A stretch of 44,559 bases of DNA from Octopus sinensis. Taxonomy: Eukaryota. Below the pieces are notes generated by a model. The model ran no database searches. It had not been told where the DNA came from and was given only the letters and a program-made list of their open reading frames with translations. Below, one piece after another: positions 1 through 12,600 of the stretch. Where the stretch lies: positions 1-44,559 of the forward strand of contig NW_021834689.1 in the NCBI RefSeq assembly GCF_006345805.1. The letters run 5' to 3'. The first letter of the stretch is position 1. The number at the start of each line of letters is the position of its first letter. The position numbers and the translations under genes are program-made.

Positions 1-142
1 GGATTAAGTCAATTCCATCGACCCCAGTGCGTAATGGGATTTAATTTATCGACCCCGAAAGGATGAAAGGCAAAGTCGACCTCGGCGGAATTTAAACTCA
101 GAACGTAACGGCCTGGTGTGCTAACGTTTCTGCCAGCTCACC
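1..142 (-). mobile_element. SINE family B, 5' part (truncated by window edge)
   Basis: Reverse complement of GAGCTGGCAGAAACGTTAGCAC...GAGTTTAAATTCCGCCGAGGTCGACTTTGCCTTTCATCCTTTCGGGGTCGATAAATTAA, the family seen many times in the window. Confidence 0.85.
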
Positions 143-359
143 AGTAAATTAAGTACCAGTTACATACTGGGATTGATCTAATCAACTGTCCCCCTACCCC
201 AAAATTTAGGGCCTTGTGCCTAAAGTAGAAATGAATATTTGATAGCACACTATCCAGATTTAATACAGTGGACGAAGTCAGTTATAGACCTTCTAAGGCC
301 TGTGCCCATTTGGAAAGATTGAATCAAGAATCTGCTCGCAATACATATATATACATATA

Positions 360-509
360 GGCGCAGGTGTGACTATGTGGTAAAAGCTTGCTTCCCATCC
401 ATGTGGTTCCAGGTTCAGTCCTACTGCGTGGAATTTTGGGCAACTATAGCTTCAGACTGATGAAAGCCTTGTGAGAGGATTTCATAGACAAAAACTGAAA
501 GAAGCCCAT

Positions 510-540
<31 letters not shown>
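360..540 (+). mobile_element. SINE family A, 5' half (degenerate)
   Basis: tRNA-like head GGCGCAGG...TGTGGT...GGTTCAGTCC followed by AAAGCCTTGTGAG...ACTGAAAGAAGCCC and (TA)n. Confidence 0.8.
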
Positions 541-546
<6 letters not shown>

Positions 547-1543
547 TATTTTCTGTTTGGTTGCCAGTATTTCAAAAATTTCAATGTTTAACGAAAATTT
601 TAAAATTTGGCACATTAATGTAATTTTCCAAGCTGAATTGTTGGAATTCCAGAAAATATTTTTTAAAAAAGTTATAGAGGTTTACAGGTTGATCCTTTTC
701 ACTCACTCAGGAAACAGGATTTGGAAGCTGTCATTTTGTGCATGACTGCACATTATGTCAACATCCTGAAAATACCACATGTTGTCAATATTTGCATTCT
801 ACATGTAGAAAACGAATAAACAACACGTCTTTTTGTAGTTTTAAGCATTCAATATTCATTTAACACAATAGCACGAACTTAAAATATTTATCCAAAAACA
901 TCATTTAGCTGTTATTTTTAGCATACCTCTACAACAAAAAGAAACAAGAACACATCTTTTTGTAATTTTAAGCATTGAGTATACATTTAATGTGATAAAC
1001 AGCATATTACAAGTGAAATATTTCTCAAAATATTGGCGCACGAACTTAAAAGATTTATCCACAAACAAAATATCACATTACAAATTAAATATTTAAAAAA
1101 AACAGTTGGCTAGTTCATTGAAAATGAAATTTAGAAATGCATTTAAATAATTTCTTGAAAAAATCACAATTTTCATATCTCCTGCACCACATAAATTCAC
1201 ATGCTCCATTGTCAACAGATGGGTAAAATTTCCAGTGGATAAAACAGTAGAACACAGTATCAACAAGTGGTTTCAATATATTTCTCAACACATGCTTTCT
1301 CGCAGGCAAAGGAGTTCTCATGTTCTGCTTGTTACTATGGAAACTGGCTTGAATGTGTCTGTGGCTTACGATTGACTAAAATTACCCGAAATTTTCAAAC
1401 TTTAATAGCTAATAACTCTTTATTTATTGATTTATAGAGAAAAGGATTTCCATGGCATTCATTAACCTATAAAAATGTATCATTCACTGAATATGAAATC
1501 AATTTGAACAGAAATTGATGCTGGCAGCCAAATGGAAAAGATC

Positions 1544-1594
<51 letters not shown>

Positions 1595-1605
1595 AATATA
1601 TATAT

Positions 1606-1641
<36 letters not shown>

Positions 1642-1730
1642 TACACATATATTTATAATTAAATTAAATGCACAACCAAAAGAACTACTTATAGTTTCAT
1701 GCTATTATGATACTTATACACATATGTATA

Positions 1731-2135
1731 GGTGCAGGAATGGCTGTGTGGTAAGTAGCTTGCTTACTAACCACATGGTTACAGGTTCAGTCCCACTGCG
1801 TGGCACCTTGGGCAAGTCTTTTCTACTATAGCCTCGGGCTGACCAAAGCCTTGTGAGTTGATTTGGTAGGTGGAAACTGAAAGAAGCCCGTCGTATATAT
1901 GTATATATATATATGTGTGTGTGTCTGTATTCCCCCCCCCCCAACATTGCTTGACAACCGATGCTGGTGTGTTTAGGTCCCCGAAACTTAGTGGTTCGGC
2001 AAAAGAGACCGATAGAATAAGTACTAGGCTTACAAAGAATAAGTCCTGGGGGTCGATTTGATTCGACTAAAGGCGGTGCTCCAGCATGGCCGCAGTCAAC
2101 TGACTGAAACAAGTAAAACAAAGAAAGAAAGAAAA
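1731..2135 (+). mobile_element. SINE family A, full length
   Basis: A-box-like TGGCTGTGTGG, B-box-like GGTTCAGTCCC, CCTTGGGCAAGT motif (resembles CORE-SINE domain), internal (TA)n(TG)n, 3' tail GGCGGTGCTCCAGCATGGCCGCAGTCAA-TGACTGAAACAAGTAAAA. Confidence 0.9.
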
Positions 2136-2820
2136 AAGAACGAATATACATTTGTGTGTGTGTACCTGATAAACACAGTTACCAAAGATGCCTGAACGTA
2201 GGAATCGAACCTGGACTGCCTGATTACAAAATGAACTCATCAACCGCCCTCCCATATTAAAAACATCCAAGTGTAACAAATGCTATTATTCACCTGTCAA
2301 TAACCCAGATAACCACACCTCAAATACACCTCATTGGCTGATGCAATACTATAGCCCCGCCTCTTATTAAGCAACAACTTTGATGTCTACAATCGAATTT
2401 ATCTCCTCCATTCTAGATATTATTCCGTTTCTCTTTTGAAGCCTTTTTTTTGCTCCCAAAGGTTTTAATCGCTGGCCGTTTGTTGTTTCTCTGAGAAACG
2501 TTTTCATGTTCTCCTTCTTGTAAATGTATTGATGTTTTATAAATATAATTACTTAGCATTTATTGATTCAGTTGACAGATATTGATAATTTGATCTGACA
2601 ACGAGAATCCTGGCATTGATGTGGAGGTGTATAAATAAATTAAGACGGAATCTAAACAACACAGCTTCTGTTCAGATGCTTACAAGCTTGACAGTCTAAT
2701 GGGACACACGGCGCATATAATTATAGGGAAATGTCTGTACGCGTGGGTGCTTGCTTGAATACTTGACTCTACTATCTTATCTACACTACACACACACACA
2801 TACATTCATACACACAGCAG

Positions 2821-4200
2821 CATCATCATCAGTATCATCATTTAACGTCTGTTTTCCATGCTGGCATGGGTTGGACGGTTTGAGCAGAGCTGGCAGAATC
2901 GTTAGCAAGCCGGGCGAAATGCGTAGCCGTATTTCGTCCCGTTTTTACGTTCTGAGTTCAAATTCCGCCGTGGCATTTGGTAGAATTTAAAGAAGCCCGT
3001 CGTATATTTATATATGTGTGTGTGTGTGTGTTTGTCTGTGTTTGTCCCCCCAGGTAGCACATAAAAAACACCTTTTGAGTGTGGTCATTGCCAGAACCAC
3101 TGACTGGCCCTTTTGCCAGTGGCATGTAAAAGCACCCACTATACTCTCAAAGTGGTTAGCGTTAGGAAGGGCATCCAGCTGTAGAAACTCTGCCAGATCA
3201 AGATTGGAGCCTGGTGCAGCCATCTGGTATCTGTGTTTGTCCCCCCCAACATTGCTTGACAACTGATGCTGGTGTGTTTAGGTCCCCGTAACTTAGTGGT
3301 TCGGCAAAAGAGACTGATAGAATAAGTATTAGGCTTACAAAGAATAAGTCCTGGGGTCGATTTGATTCGACTAAAGGCAGTGCTCCAGCATGGCCGCAGT
3401 CAAATGACTGAAACAAGTAAAACAAAGAAAGAAAAAAGAAAGAATATACATTTGTGTGTATGTGTGTGTGTGTGTGTGTACCTGATAAACTTTGCCTTTC
3501 ATCCTTTCGGAGTCGATTAAATAAGTACCAGTACGCACTGGGGTCTATATAATCAACTAATCCCTTTGTCTGTCCTTGTTGTCCTCTCTGTGTTTAGCCA
3601 TTGTGGGTAGTAAAGAAAGAATAGGTATTTCATCTGCTGTTACGTTCTAAGTTCAAATTCTGCTGATGGTCGACTTTGCCTTTCATCCTTTCGGGGGGTC
3701 GAATTAAATTAAGTACCAGTTACGCACTGGGGTCTATATAATCAACTTAATCCCTTTGTCTGTCCTGTTTGTCCTTCTGTGTAGCCCCTTGTGGGTAGTA
3801 AAGAAATAGGTATTTCATCTGCTGTTTCGTTCTAAGTTCAAATTCTGCTGAGGTCGACTTTGCCTTTCATCCTTTCGGGGTCGATAAATTAAGTACCAGT
3901 TACGCACTGGGGTCAATGTAATCGACTTAATCCGTTTGTCTGTCCTTGTTTGTCCTCTCTATGTTTAGCCACTTGTGGGTAGTAAAGAAATAGGTTTGAG
4001 CAGAGCTGGGGAGCGGCACCAGGCTCCACTCTGATTTGACATGGTTTCCACAGCTCGAAGCCGCCTTTCGTAAAGCTAACCACTTTACACAGTGTGCTGG
4101 GTGCTTTTATGTGACACAGGCACTTTTATGTGACACCACGCGGGTGCTTTTACATGGCCCCACACAGCTGCTTTTACGTGCCACTTTATGAGCCCATCGT
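2821..4200. mobile_element. Nested SINE cluster: family C copy split by a family B multimer that itself contains A and C fragments
   Basis: C tail at 2821-2893 resumes at 3993-4200; direct repeat GGTTTGAGCAGAGCTGG at 2877-2893 and 3993-4009; B head about 2886-2970; B tail units about 3490-3992. Confidence 0.75.
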
Positions 4201-4525
4201 GTACATTATATATATATACTATAATTATATATATATATATATATAATAAATTAATAGATAAATAAAACATATGCATATATAGATACATATATGTACGTAC
4301 CTACCTCTACATGTATATATACATGCATATATGGGTACAGGACACCAAAAAACGTCGAACACAATGAGAAACGAAAACATAAACACAAAACCAAGGAAAT
4401 GGACATTTTTCTTAAACAACGAAAAAATAGAGTACAGGACAAACAATACAAGGAAAATTCCCCTTCTTCAGTCGCCTTTGTTTCATGTACTCCACATTTC
4501 GAAGGTCAAGATATATATATATAAA

Positions 4526-4735
4526 TAAATACATATATCTGACGGGCTTCTTTCAGTTTCCATAAATACATATATCCGACAGGCTTCTTTCAGTTTCCAT
4601 CTACCAAATCCACTCACAAGGCTTTGGTCGGCCCGAGGCTATAGTAAAAGACACTTGCCCAAGATGCCACGCAGTGGGACTGAACCCGGAACCATGTGGT
4701 TGGGAGGCAAGCTTCTAGCCACACAGCCACACCTG
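4526..4735 (-). mobile_element. SINE family A, 5' half with small internal duplication
   Basis: Reverse complement of the A head; AAATACATATAT-C-GAC-GGCTTCTTTCAGTTTCCAT occurs twice (about 4526-4600). Confidence 0.85.
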
Positions 4736-4946
4736 AACCTGTATACAGACCCATTTATATTTTATCATCTTTAAATTATTAATGTTTGTTTTAATCATTT
4801 GCATAAATTTCTTTGTTATTTGTATAATGTTTTATGTTATTGTTTGCAAATATTTGTATTTGTTTCTGTAACTAATCCCCACTCCAGATTAGCTTAACCC
4901 TTTAACATTCAGATTATCCAGTCAAATCTAATGCATATAGATTCAC

Positions 4947-5720
4947 ATCATCATCATCATCATCATTGTTTAACGTCTGCTTTCCATGCTGGCATGAGTT
5001 GGACGATTTGACTGAGGACTGGCGAACCAGAAGGGTGCACCAGGCTCCAATCTTGATCTGGAAGAGTTTCTACAGCTGGATGCCCTTTCTTACGCCAACC
5101 ACTTCGAGAGTATAGTGGGTGCTTTTATGTGCCACTGGCACAAGGGCCAGTCAGGTGGTTCTGGCAACGACCACACTCAAAAGGTGTTTTTTATATGCTA
5201 CCTGAATGGTGGCCAGTCATGCGGCTCTGGTAGTGACCACACTCGAATGTTGTTTTTCATGTGCCAGCAAGTGTCTTCTGCTATAGCCCCGGGCTGACCA
5301 ATGCCTTGTGAGTGGATTTGGTAGACGAAAACTGAAAGAAGCCTGTCGTATATATGTATATATATATGCGTGTGTGTGTTTGTGTGTCTGTGTTTGTCCC
5401 CCTAGCATTGCTGGTGTGTTTACGTCCGATGACCACTCGGTTCAAAGTCTCCCTTGACCACAAGTGGCCTGAACTCTTTACATGAACACCACCCTATACA
5501 TAACTCCATGTCCCCCTACATGGCCTTGCTTTTTGTTGTTTGAGCCAAAAAATTGACTAACTAACTAACCGTCACTTAGCGGTTCGGCAAAAGAGACCGA
5601 TAGAATAAGTACTGGGCTTACAAAAAGAATAAGTCCCGGGGTCGATTTGCTCGACTAAAAGCGGTGCTCCAGCATGGCCACAGTCAAATGACTGAAACAA
5701 GTAAAAGAGTAAGAGTAAAG
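4947..5720. mobile_element. Mosaic of family C (minus, 4947-5265) and family A middle/3' fragments (plus, 5266-5720)
   Basis: (CAT)n-GTTTAACGTC-GCTTTCCATGCT...GGATGCCC...GCCAACCAC, then CTATAGCCCCGGGCTGACCAATGCCTTGTGAG and the CAGCATGGCCACAGTCAAATGACTGAAAC tail. Confidence 0.8.
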
Positions 5721-5929
5721 AGAGGACACTAAATCACTTGAGCAACACCACTCCTTCCCTTGCTGTCAGGGGTGACTCTCTTAGCCTTTTCCTTTACCCA
5801 GACACTCACAAGACAGTGGGTATTTCTGTTGGCTATTTTCTCCCTAATTGACTCATAGCTGGGACCCTGATCGGAGGTGCTACTCGAATTCAGGGTACCA
5901 CTGGGGAACAATGGCAGCTAAGAAGTGGT

Positions 5930-6485
5930 TACTCTTTACTCTTTTCCTTGTTTCAGTCATTTGACTGCGGCCATGCTGGAGCACCGCCTTTAATCGAGCA
6001 ACTCAACCCCGGGACTTATTCTTTTGTAAGCCCAGTACTTATTCAATCGGTCTCTTTTGCCGAACCGCTAAGTAACGGGGACATAAACACACCAGCATCA
6101 GTTGTCAAGCAATGCGAGGGGGACAAACACAGCCACACAAACACACACGCATATATATAGAGTGGTTGGCGTTAGGAAGGGCATCCAGCCGTAGAAACAC
6201 TGCCAGATCTGACTGGGCCTGACGAAGCCTTCCAGCTTCACAGACCCCAGTTGACCCGTCCAACCCATGCTAGCATGGAAAGCGGACGCTAAAAACGATG
6301 ATGATGATATATAATATTTAAACAATATACGACGGGCTTCTTTCAGTTTCCATCTACCAAATCCACTCAAGGCTTTGGTCGGCCCGAGGCTATAGTAGAA
6401 GACACTTGCCCAAGGTGCCACGCAGTAGGACTGAACCCGGAACCATGTGGTTGGTTAGCAAGCTACTTACCACACAGCCACTCCT
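5930..6485. mobile_element. Family A copy (minus) interrupted by family C 3' end (plus, 6161-6310)
   Basis: A tail reverse complement 5930-6160; C segment GAGTGGTTGGCGTTAGGAAGGGCATCCAGC...GGACGCTAAAAACGATGATGATGAT; A head reverse complement 6325-6485. Confidence 0.85.
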
Positions 6486-6769
6486 GCACCTGTACTCCTC
6501 AAAACCCTGGAATTACCAAACCAGGGACCATCAACCAGACATAGTCCTAGGTACACTGTGTCGGAAAAATAGCAGATAAGGCAGTCAACACTTTGACCAT
6601 GGGTCCTTTACATCAGGATTGAACCTGGGTTAAATAAAAACTATAGCAGGCAACCTCCCTCACATTTAACACTCTCCTTCTCCATCTTCTCCTCTCATTC
6701 ACCTTGCTACCCCACACCTCATCTTTGGCCCACCTCCCCTCCCTCCTATATATATATTTATATGCTGTT

Positions 6770-7260
6770 GGCATGTGTAAAAAGATTCGAGTGAGGTCGT
6801 TGCCAGTACCTATTTCTTTATTACCCACAAGGGGCTAAACATAGAGGGGACAAACAAGGACAGACATAGGTATTAAGTCAATTACATCGACCCCAGTGCA
6901 TAACTGGTACTTAATTTATCGAAAGGATGAAAGTTAAAGTCGACCTCGGCGGAATTTGAACTCACAACGTAACGACAGACGAAATACTAATAAGCATTTC
7001 ACCCGACGTGCTAACGTTTCTGCTAGCTCGCCGCCTTGATCGTACTGCCTGACTGGCCCCTGTGCCGGTGGCACGTAAAAGCACCCACTACACTCTCGGA
7101 GTGGTTGACATTAGGAAGGGCATCCAGCTGTAGAAACTCTGCCAGATCAAGACTGGAGTCTGGTGCAGCCATCTGGTTCGCCAGCCCTCAGTCAAAATCG
7201 TCCAACCCATGCTAGCATGGAAAGTGGATGTTAAACGATGACGACGATGATGATGATATA
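6770..7260. mobile_element. Family C copy (plus) interrupted by a full family B copy (minus, about 6811-7036)
   Basis: C sequence GTGAGGTCGTTGCCAGTAC breaks off and resumes at GTACTGCCTGACTGGCCC; B reverse complement lies between. Confidence 0.8.
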
Positions 7261-7716
7261 TATATATACTAGTTTTGATAGAATTGGCATATCGGTTCTA
7301 TTCTGACAAAAACTGTCCGACGAATGGGAACGTGAAACTCCGAGTAACGGTTTTTGTTGAATTTCTACTGCTTTTAAATAAAGTATATAATATACATATA
7401 TATATATATACCCTCTTCCTGCTCCTTTTTGTATATTTCCTTCCTCTTCTTTCTCCTCTTCCTTTACGCATCACCATTACCCCTCCCCGCTTTCACACCT
7501 CACCCCCACCTCCTCCTTCCTGAAATTTCATCCTCTCCACCCTCACCTCTTCACTTCACCACCCTCATCCCTCTCCTCCACTCTTGGTCACTTTGCTCCT
7601 TCCTCTCCTTCACACATTACTACCTAACTCCTCCCCCCTCTTATCACCTCACACACACATACACACTCTTTTTTTTTTCTCTCAATAACTCATCCTCTCT
7701 CTCTCTCTTTCCGCAG

Positions 7717-8195
7717 AGTTCCTAATGACCAACATGAGCAAAATGAAACACATGCTCAACACGGTGTACGTCATCCTTGACCTCATGATCGCCTCAAGAC
7801 CCATCCGTATCTTCCACATGCTCTTCCCAGTGATGCTCGGCTCCATCTACGCCATCTTCAACGCCACCTACTTCCTGAACGACGGCACCATCCTGGACGG
7901 ACGGCACTATGCTTACAACGTGCTGAACTGGAATGTGCCAGCCGAGGCCATTGTCACGTGCATCCTTTGCATAGCACAGACCATCTTCAGCCAGATCGTC
8001 CTCTACCACTTGGCCGCGGCGCGCGTTTGGCTGCACTCGAGGTTCTACGAGCCGCACGAGCAGCTGCCCGAACACGACTCGGAGATGCAGAGCATCATGA
8101 GCGCAGACTCCACCACGTATCTTGCCACCGATTCTCAACTGGACGGCAGTAGCAGCACGGCCGGGGCCGTAACAGCGAGCAACAATATCCACTGA
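7717..8195 (+). CDS. rost: Terminal coding exon of a rolling-stone-like multi-pass membrane protein; upstream exons not found in window
   Basis: Long polypyrimidine tract ends in TTTCCGCAG (acceptor AG 7715-7716); the exon opens in phase 1 (AG TTC CTA ATG ACC). The translation HMLNTVYVILDLMIASRPIRIFHMLFPVMLGSIYAIFNATYFLNDGTILDGRHYAYNVLNW matches the rolling stone C-terminal pattern H-x-LN...P...H...P...Y..F...Y..G....Y..L.W as I recall it. Strong C/G third-position bias; tandem stops TGA TGA at 8193-8198. Confidence 0.85.
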
Positions 8196-8654
8196 TGACC
8201 AGAAGCAATGGCGGGGAAAAAAGAGAGCGAGCGATGGGCCTCGCAAGGGGGGGGGGGCGGGTTTGTGTTTTGGTTTGGTTAAGTGAGACTCTTTGGGCAG
8301 CATTAGGAAAAGGGTGGAAGATTCTTTTTTTTTTTTTTTTTATTTTTTTTTTTGTGAAGAGTTTGATGCCGGGTGGGCGATGGGTGGGTGGTGCTTGTCG
8401 TGGGTGCGAGGGTTTCGTGCTTTTGCAGTATTTGGAGTCAGGCATGACGTGATGTCCGTGAGGGTGGCAACTCCCAAAGGCGTGGTCATTTTGGAGTTTG
8501 GTATGAAAGTGGAGGCAGTGAAATATAGGTAGGTAGGTTACTATGAGACTGTGTATGTGTGGGCTGGGTGGATGTTTCTTTGCTAAATTCCAAGTGATAC
8601 TAGTAGACGGTAGGTACTGTCTAACGAGGACACATTAACCTTTGGATTGCAGTA

Positions 8655-8821
8655 TGAAAATATATATATATATATGCTTTTTTATATATATTTATATATA
8701 TGCATATATATGGATATATATGCATATATATGGATATATATATATATATGCATATATGCATATATGCATATATATATGTATATATGCATATGCATATATG
8801 CATATATATATGTATATATGC

Positions 8822-8869
<48 letters not shown>

Positions 8870-9892
8870 TATAATAGTATGTATATATATATGTATGTAT
8901 GTATATATATGTATGTATAATATATATGTATGTATGTATAGATATATGTATGTATGATGTATGTATATGTATGTATGTATATATATATATATATATATTA
9001 TATGTATGTATGCATATGTATATATATATATATATATGCATATATATATATGTATGTATATATATATGTGTGTGTGTATATATATATATATATATTATAT
9101 ATACAAACACATTGTCTCTGTGTGTGTATGCCAGCATGGAACATGGACTTCAAATGATGATGAAGAGATACAAATATGTGTGTGTGTGTGTGTGTACATG
9201 CAGAACAGGAAAAATAAAGAAAAGGAAGGAAAAGTGAGATGGAGATGGGGAAAGAGAGAGAGAAGGCGGGAGGGCCAGGGCAAAAAAAAAAAAACCCCTC
9301 ACAAAAAACATGAAAAGACTTTAACTAATTGCTTAAAAAAGAAAGAAAAAAAAAAAAAACAGAACCTTATTAATTTGCTTCAAAATAAGAATTGTGCTTT
9401 ATGGTTGCTTGTAAAAAAAAAAACACCAAAAAAAAACATGATAAGATCCTGTGTTCCTTTAAAACTAAAAAAACAGTCACGCGACCACTGACATACTTGG
9501 TAGTATTTCAGTGTTACCCCATTCTTCTGCGGAAGTGCAACCTGCATGTTGTGTCATGGCTTATATTTTCAAAAAACTACGGTGGTGACCTCACGCGTGT
9601 CAGTTTTCGCCCAGAGGAAGGTCAAAACGATGTTTCGAAAAATGGTGTGTATGTATGTATGTGGTGTGGTGTTGGGTTGTGTTGTGTTGTGTACGTGTGA
9701 GTGTGTGTCTCTGTGTATTTATATTTATATCTATACGTGTATGTCTCTATATGCATGTGTGTGTGTATGTATATGTGTGGATATATGTGTATGCATGTGT
9801 ATATGTATGGATATATATATATATATATATCATATATATGTGTGTGTGTGCATGGATGTTTATCTGTGTATGTATGCATATATATATTTATA

Positions 9893-9934
<42 letters not shown>

Positions 9935-11553
9935 ATGTATGTATATATGTAATGTATGTATATATGTATATGTATATGTAATGTATGTATATATGTATAT
10001 ATATATGTAATATATGTATATATATGTATGTATATATGTATGTATATATGTATATATATGTATGTATGTATATATATATGTATGTATGTATATATAAATA
10101 CATAAGTGTATGTGTATGGATATATATGTATGTATGGATATATATGTGTGTGTGCGTGTGTGTATGTGTATGGATATATATGTATGCATATGCATGCATG
10201 TATATGTGTATGTATATATATGTGTGTGTATACACACACAAATCTGTGAGTGCTTGTATGTGCATGTATGCTTGTGTCTATCTATACATATATATATATA
10301 TATATATATAGTCAGTTTGTCTTAAAGCCAATTTATCATTAACACCTGTGTGAAAGGAGGTGCTGGTGTTGGTGGGTCATGGTGGTGGTGGTGGTGGTCA
10401 TGGTGGACTTGGATCATTGAGGTTTGGTGAAATGTTATTTTATTTTTTTTATTTTTAACCCCCCCCCCCCTCCCTATCACTACTGCTGCTGACGTCATCA
10501 ATAGACTTGAAATTATACTAATATCAACAACAACAACAATAATTTATTGTTGTTTTCCTTTTCTTTTTCTTTTTGTTTTTGTTTTTCTTGTTCTTCTGGT
10601 TGAAGGGAACACCCCCCCACACACACACACACACCACCACCAAGACTCCTCTCTTTAAAGTCAATTTCTATAAGCCACCACCATTACAGTCTTTCCTCTA
10701 CTACTACTACTACTGCTACTGCTACTAATACTACTGCTACTACTACAACTAACACCACCACCACCAGATAGAAAAAAACTAAGATCCCTTCTTTTAAATG
10801 TTTCTCCTCACTCCTTTATTTTGGTGGTTTTACATATATATTTTATATTATACATATATATTTATGCTATATATATTCTATGTATATTATAGATATATAT
10901 ATATATCATATAGATATATATATATAATATATATATATATATATAAAATATACTTGTTTGATATATATATATATATATTTTTTTTAGTTTTAGCTCAGAG
11001 CTGCGGCCATGCTGATGCACCGCCGTTAATATATATATATGTATATTATATATACATGTATTGGTATGTGTTGTTGTACATAACTATATATATATATATA
11101 TGATAGCTATATGTGTGTGTGTGTGTGTATATAATATATACGTACATAATATGTATATATACGTTTGTATATCATATATATATTTATTAGATGGTGTGGT
11201 AATATATATGATGAATATGTATTATATATGTGATATATATATATGTGTGATAGAAATATCACATATGTATATAGAGACAGAATATATATATAGTGTATAT
11301 ACATATATATATATGTATATATATATATATGTTATAATATAGATATAATATAATATATATATAGATATATATTATATATATATATATAGATATATTATAT
11401 ATATATATAATATATGTATATATATATATATATGTGTATATAATATAATGTGTATATATATATATATGTATATATATGATATATATAGTAATATATATAT
11501 ATATCTAGTATATATATAGATGTATATATATATATGTATATATGTATATATAT

Positions 11554-11585
<32 letters not shown>

Positions 11586-11630
11586 TTATGTATATATTAT
11601 ATATTGTATATTATTATATATATGTATATT
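8655..11630. repeat. Compound (TA)n/(TATG)n/(TG)n microsatellite fields (8655-9105, 9700-10310, 10830-11630)
   Basis: Directly visible; source of most Y/I/M/C-rich spurious ORFs. Confidence 0.95.
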
Positions 11631-11989
11631 TATATAAAGAACATCGTACATCCAGAGTCAGCCCCTCACATCAGTATGTCACACATAACTACACGTCACA
11701 CACACACACACACACGCACATATACACTATCACATACACACACACATATACACTATCACACACTAGGATACAAGAGGTGTGAATGTTTCTTAAACACCCC
11801 TTCGACCTCCCCCCACCCCTTCCCATCTAAAATGTAAAATAATATTGTAAAACGATGATGATGAGGAGGAGGAACTGTTTAATGATGGAGAAGCGCTTTT
11901 CTCTCCTGACAGACTCTGAGAACTTTCAGAGTCATTTAGGAATTCTTTATTTTACATCTCAGACCACACTCCCACCCTCCTTCCCTCCA

Positions 11990-12436
11990 TCCCTTCCTTC
12001 CTTCTTCTTCTTCTGCCGCTTCTTCTCTTTCTTCTTCTTCCTTCTTCTCCTTTTTCTTCTTTTCCTTCTTCTCCTTCTCCTTCTTCTTCTTCTCCTTCTT
12101 CTCCTTCTTCTTTTTCTTCTTCTTCTCTTCTTCTTCTCCTTTTTCTTCTTTTCGGCGCTTTCTTTCTTCTTCTCCTTCTTCTCCTCCTTTTCTTCTTCCT
12201 TCTTCTTCTCTTCTTCTCTTCTTCTCCTCCTTCTTCTCCTTATTCTTCTCCTTCTTCTCCTTCTTCTCCCTTTTTTCTTTTCTTTCTTCTTCCTACCTTG
12301 CTTCTTTCTCCTTTTCTCTCTCCTTTTCTTTCTCTTATCTTCTGCTGCTTCTTCTTCTTGTCTTTCTTCTTCGACTTCTTCTTTTCTCCTTCTTCTGCTG
12401 CTTCTTCTTCTCTTTCTTCTTCTTCTCCTTCTCCTT

Positions 12437-12467
<31 letters not shown>

Positions 12468-12600
12468 CCTTCTTCCTCTTCTTCTCCTTCTTCCTCTTCT
12501 TCTCCTCCTTCTTCTTCTTCTTCTTCTTCTTCCTCTTCCTCTTCTCCTCCTTCGTCTTCTTCTCTTCCTCCTCCTCCTTCTCCTTGTCCTTCTTCCAGGA
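11990..12600 (+). repeat. About 600-bp (CTT/CTC)n polypyrimidine tract
   Basis: Almost exclusively C and T on the plus strand. Confidence 0.95.

Noticed and set aside
1115-1321. 68-aa ORF containing YCFIH, reminiscent of a hAT CxxH motif
   Set aside because: Surrounding residues do not convincingly fit a transposase; needs tBLASTn to decide
4440-4510. Minus-strand CCTTCGAAATGT and GACTGAAGAAGGGG as a further hammerhead
   Set aside because: Core halves are in an order and pairing that do not close stem I, and CUGAAGA is not followed by stem II plus GAAA; at most a decayed Penelope-like remnant
7794-8303. 169-aa antisense ORF over the rost exon
   Set aside because: Shadow ORF expected from strong C/G third-position bias on the sense strand
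8642-11837. Dozens of Y/I/M/C/H-rich ORFs (also at 21451-21833 and 39502-40404)
   Set aside because: Translations of (TA)n/(TG)n/(TATG)n microsatellites, which lack stops in several frames; no protein signal
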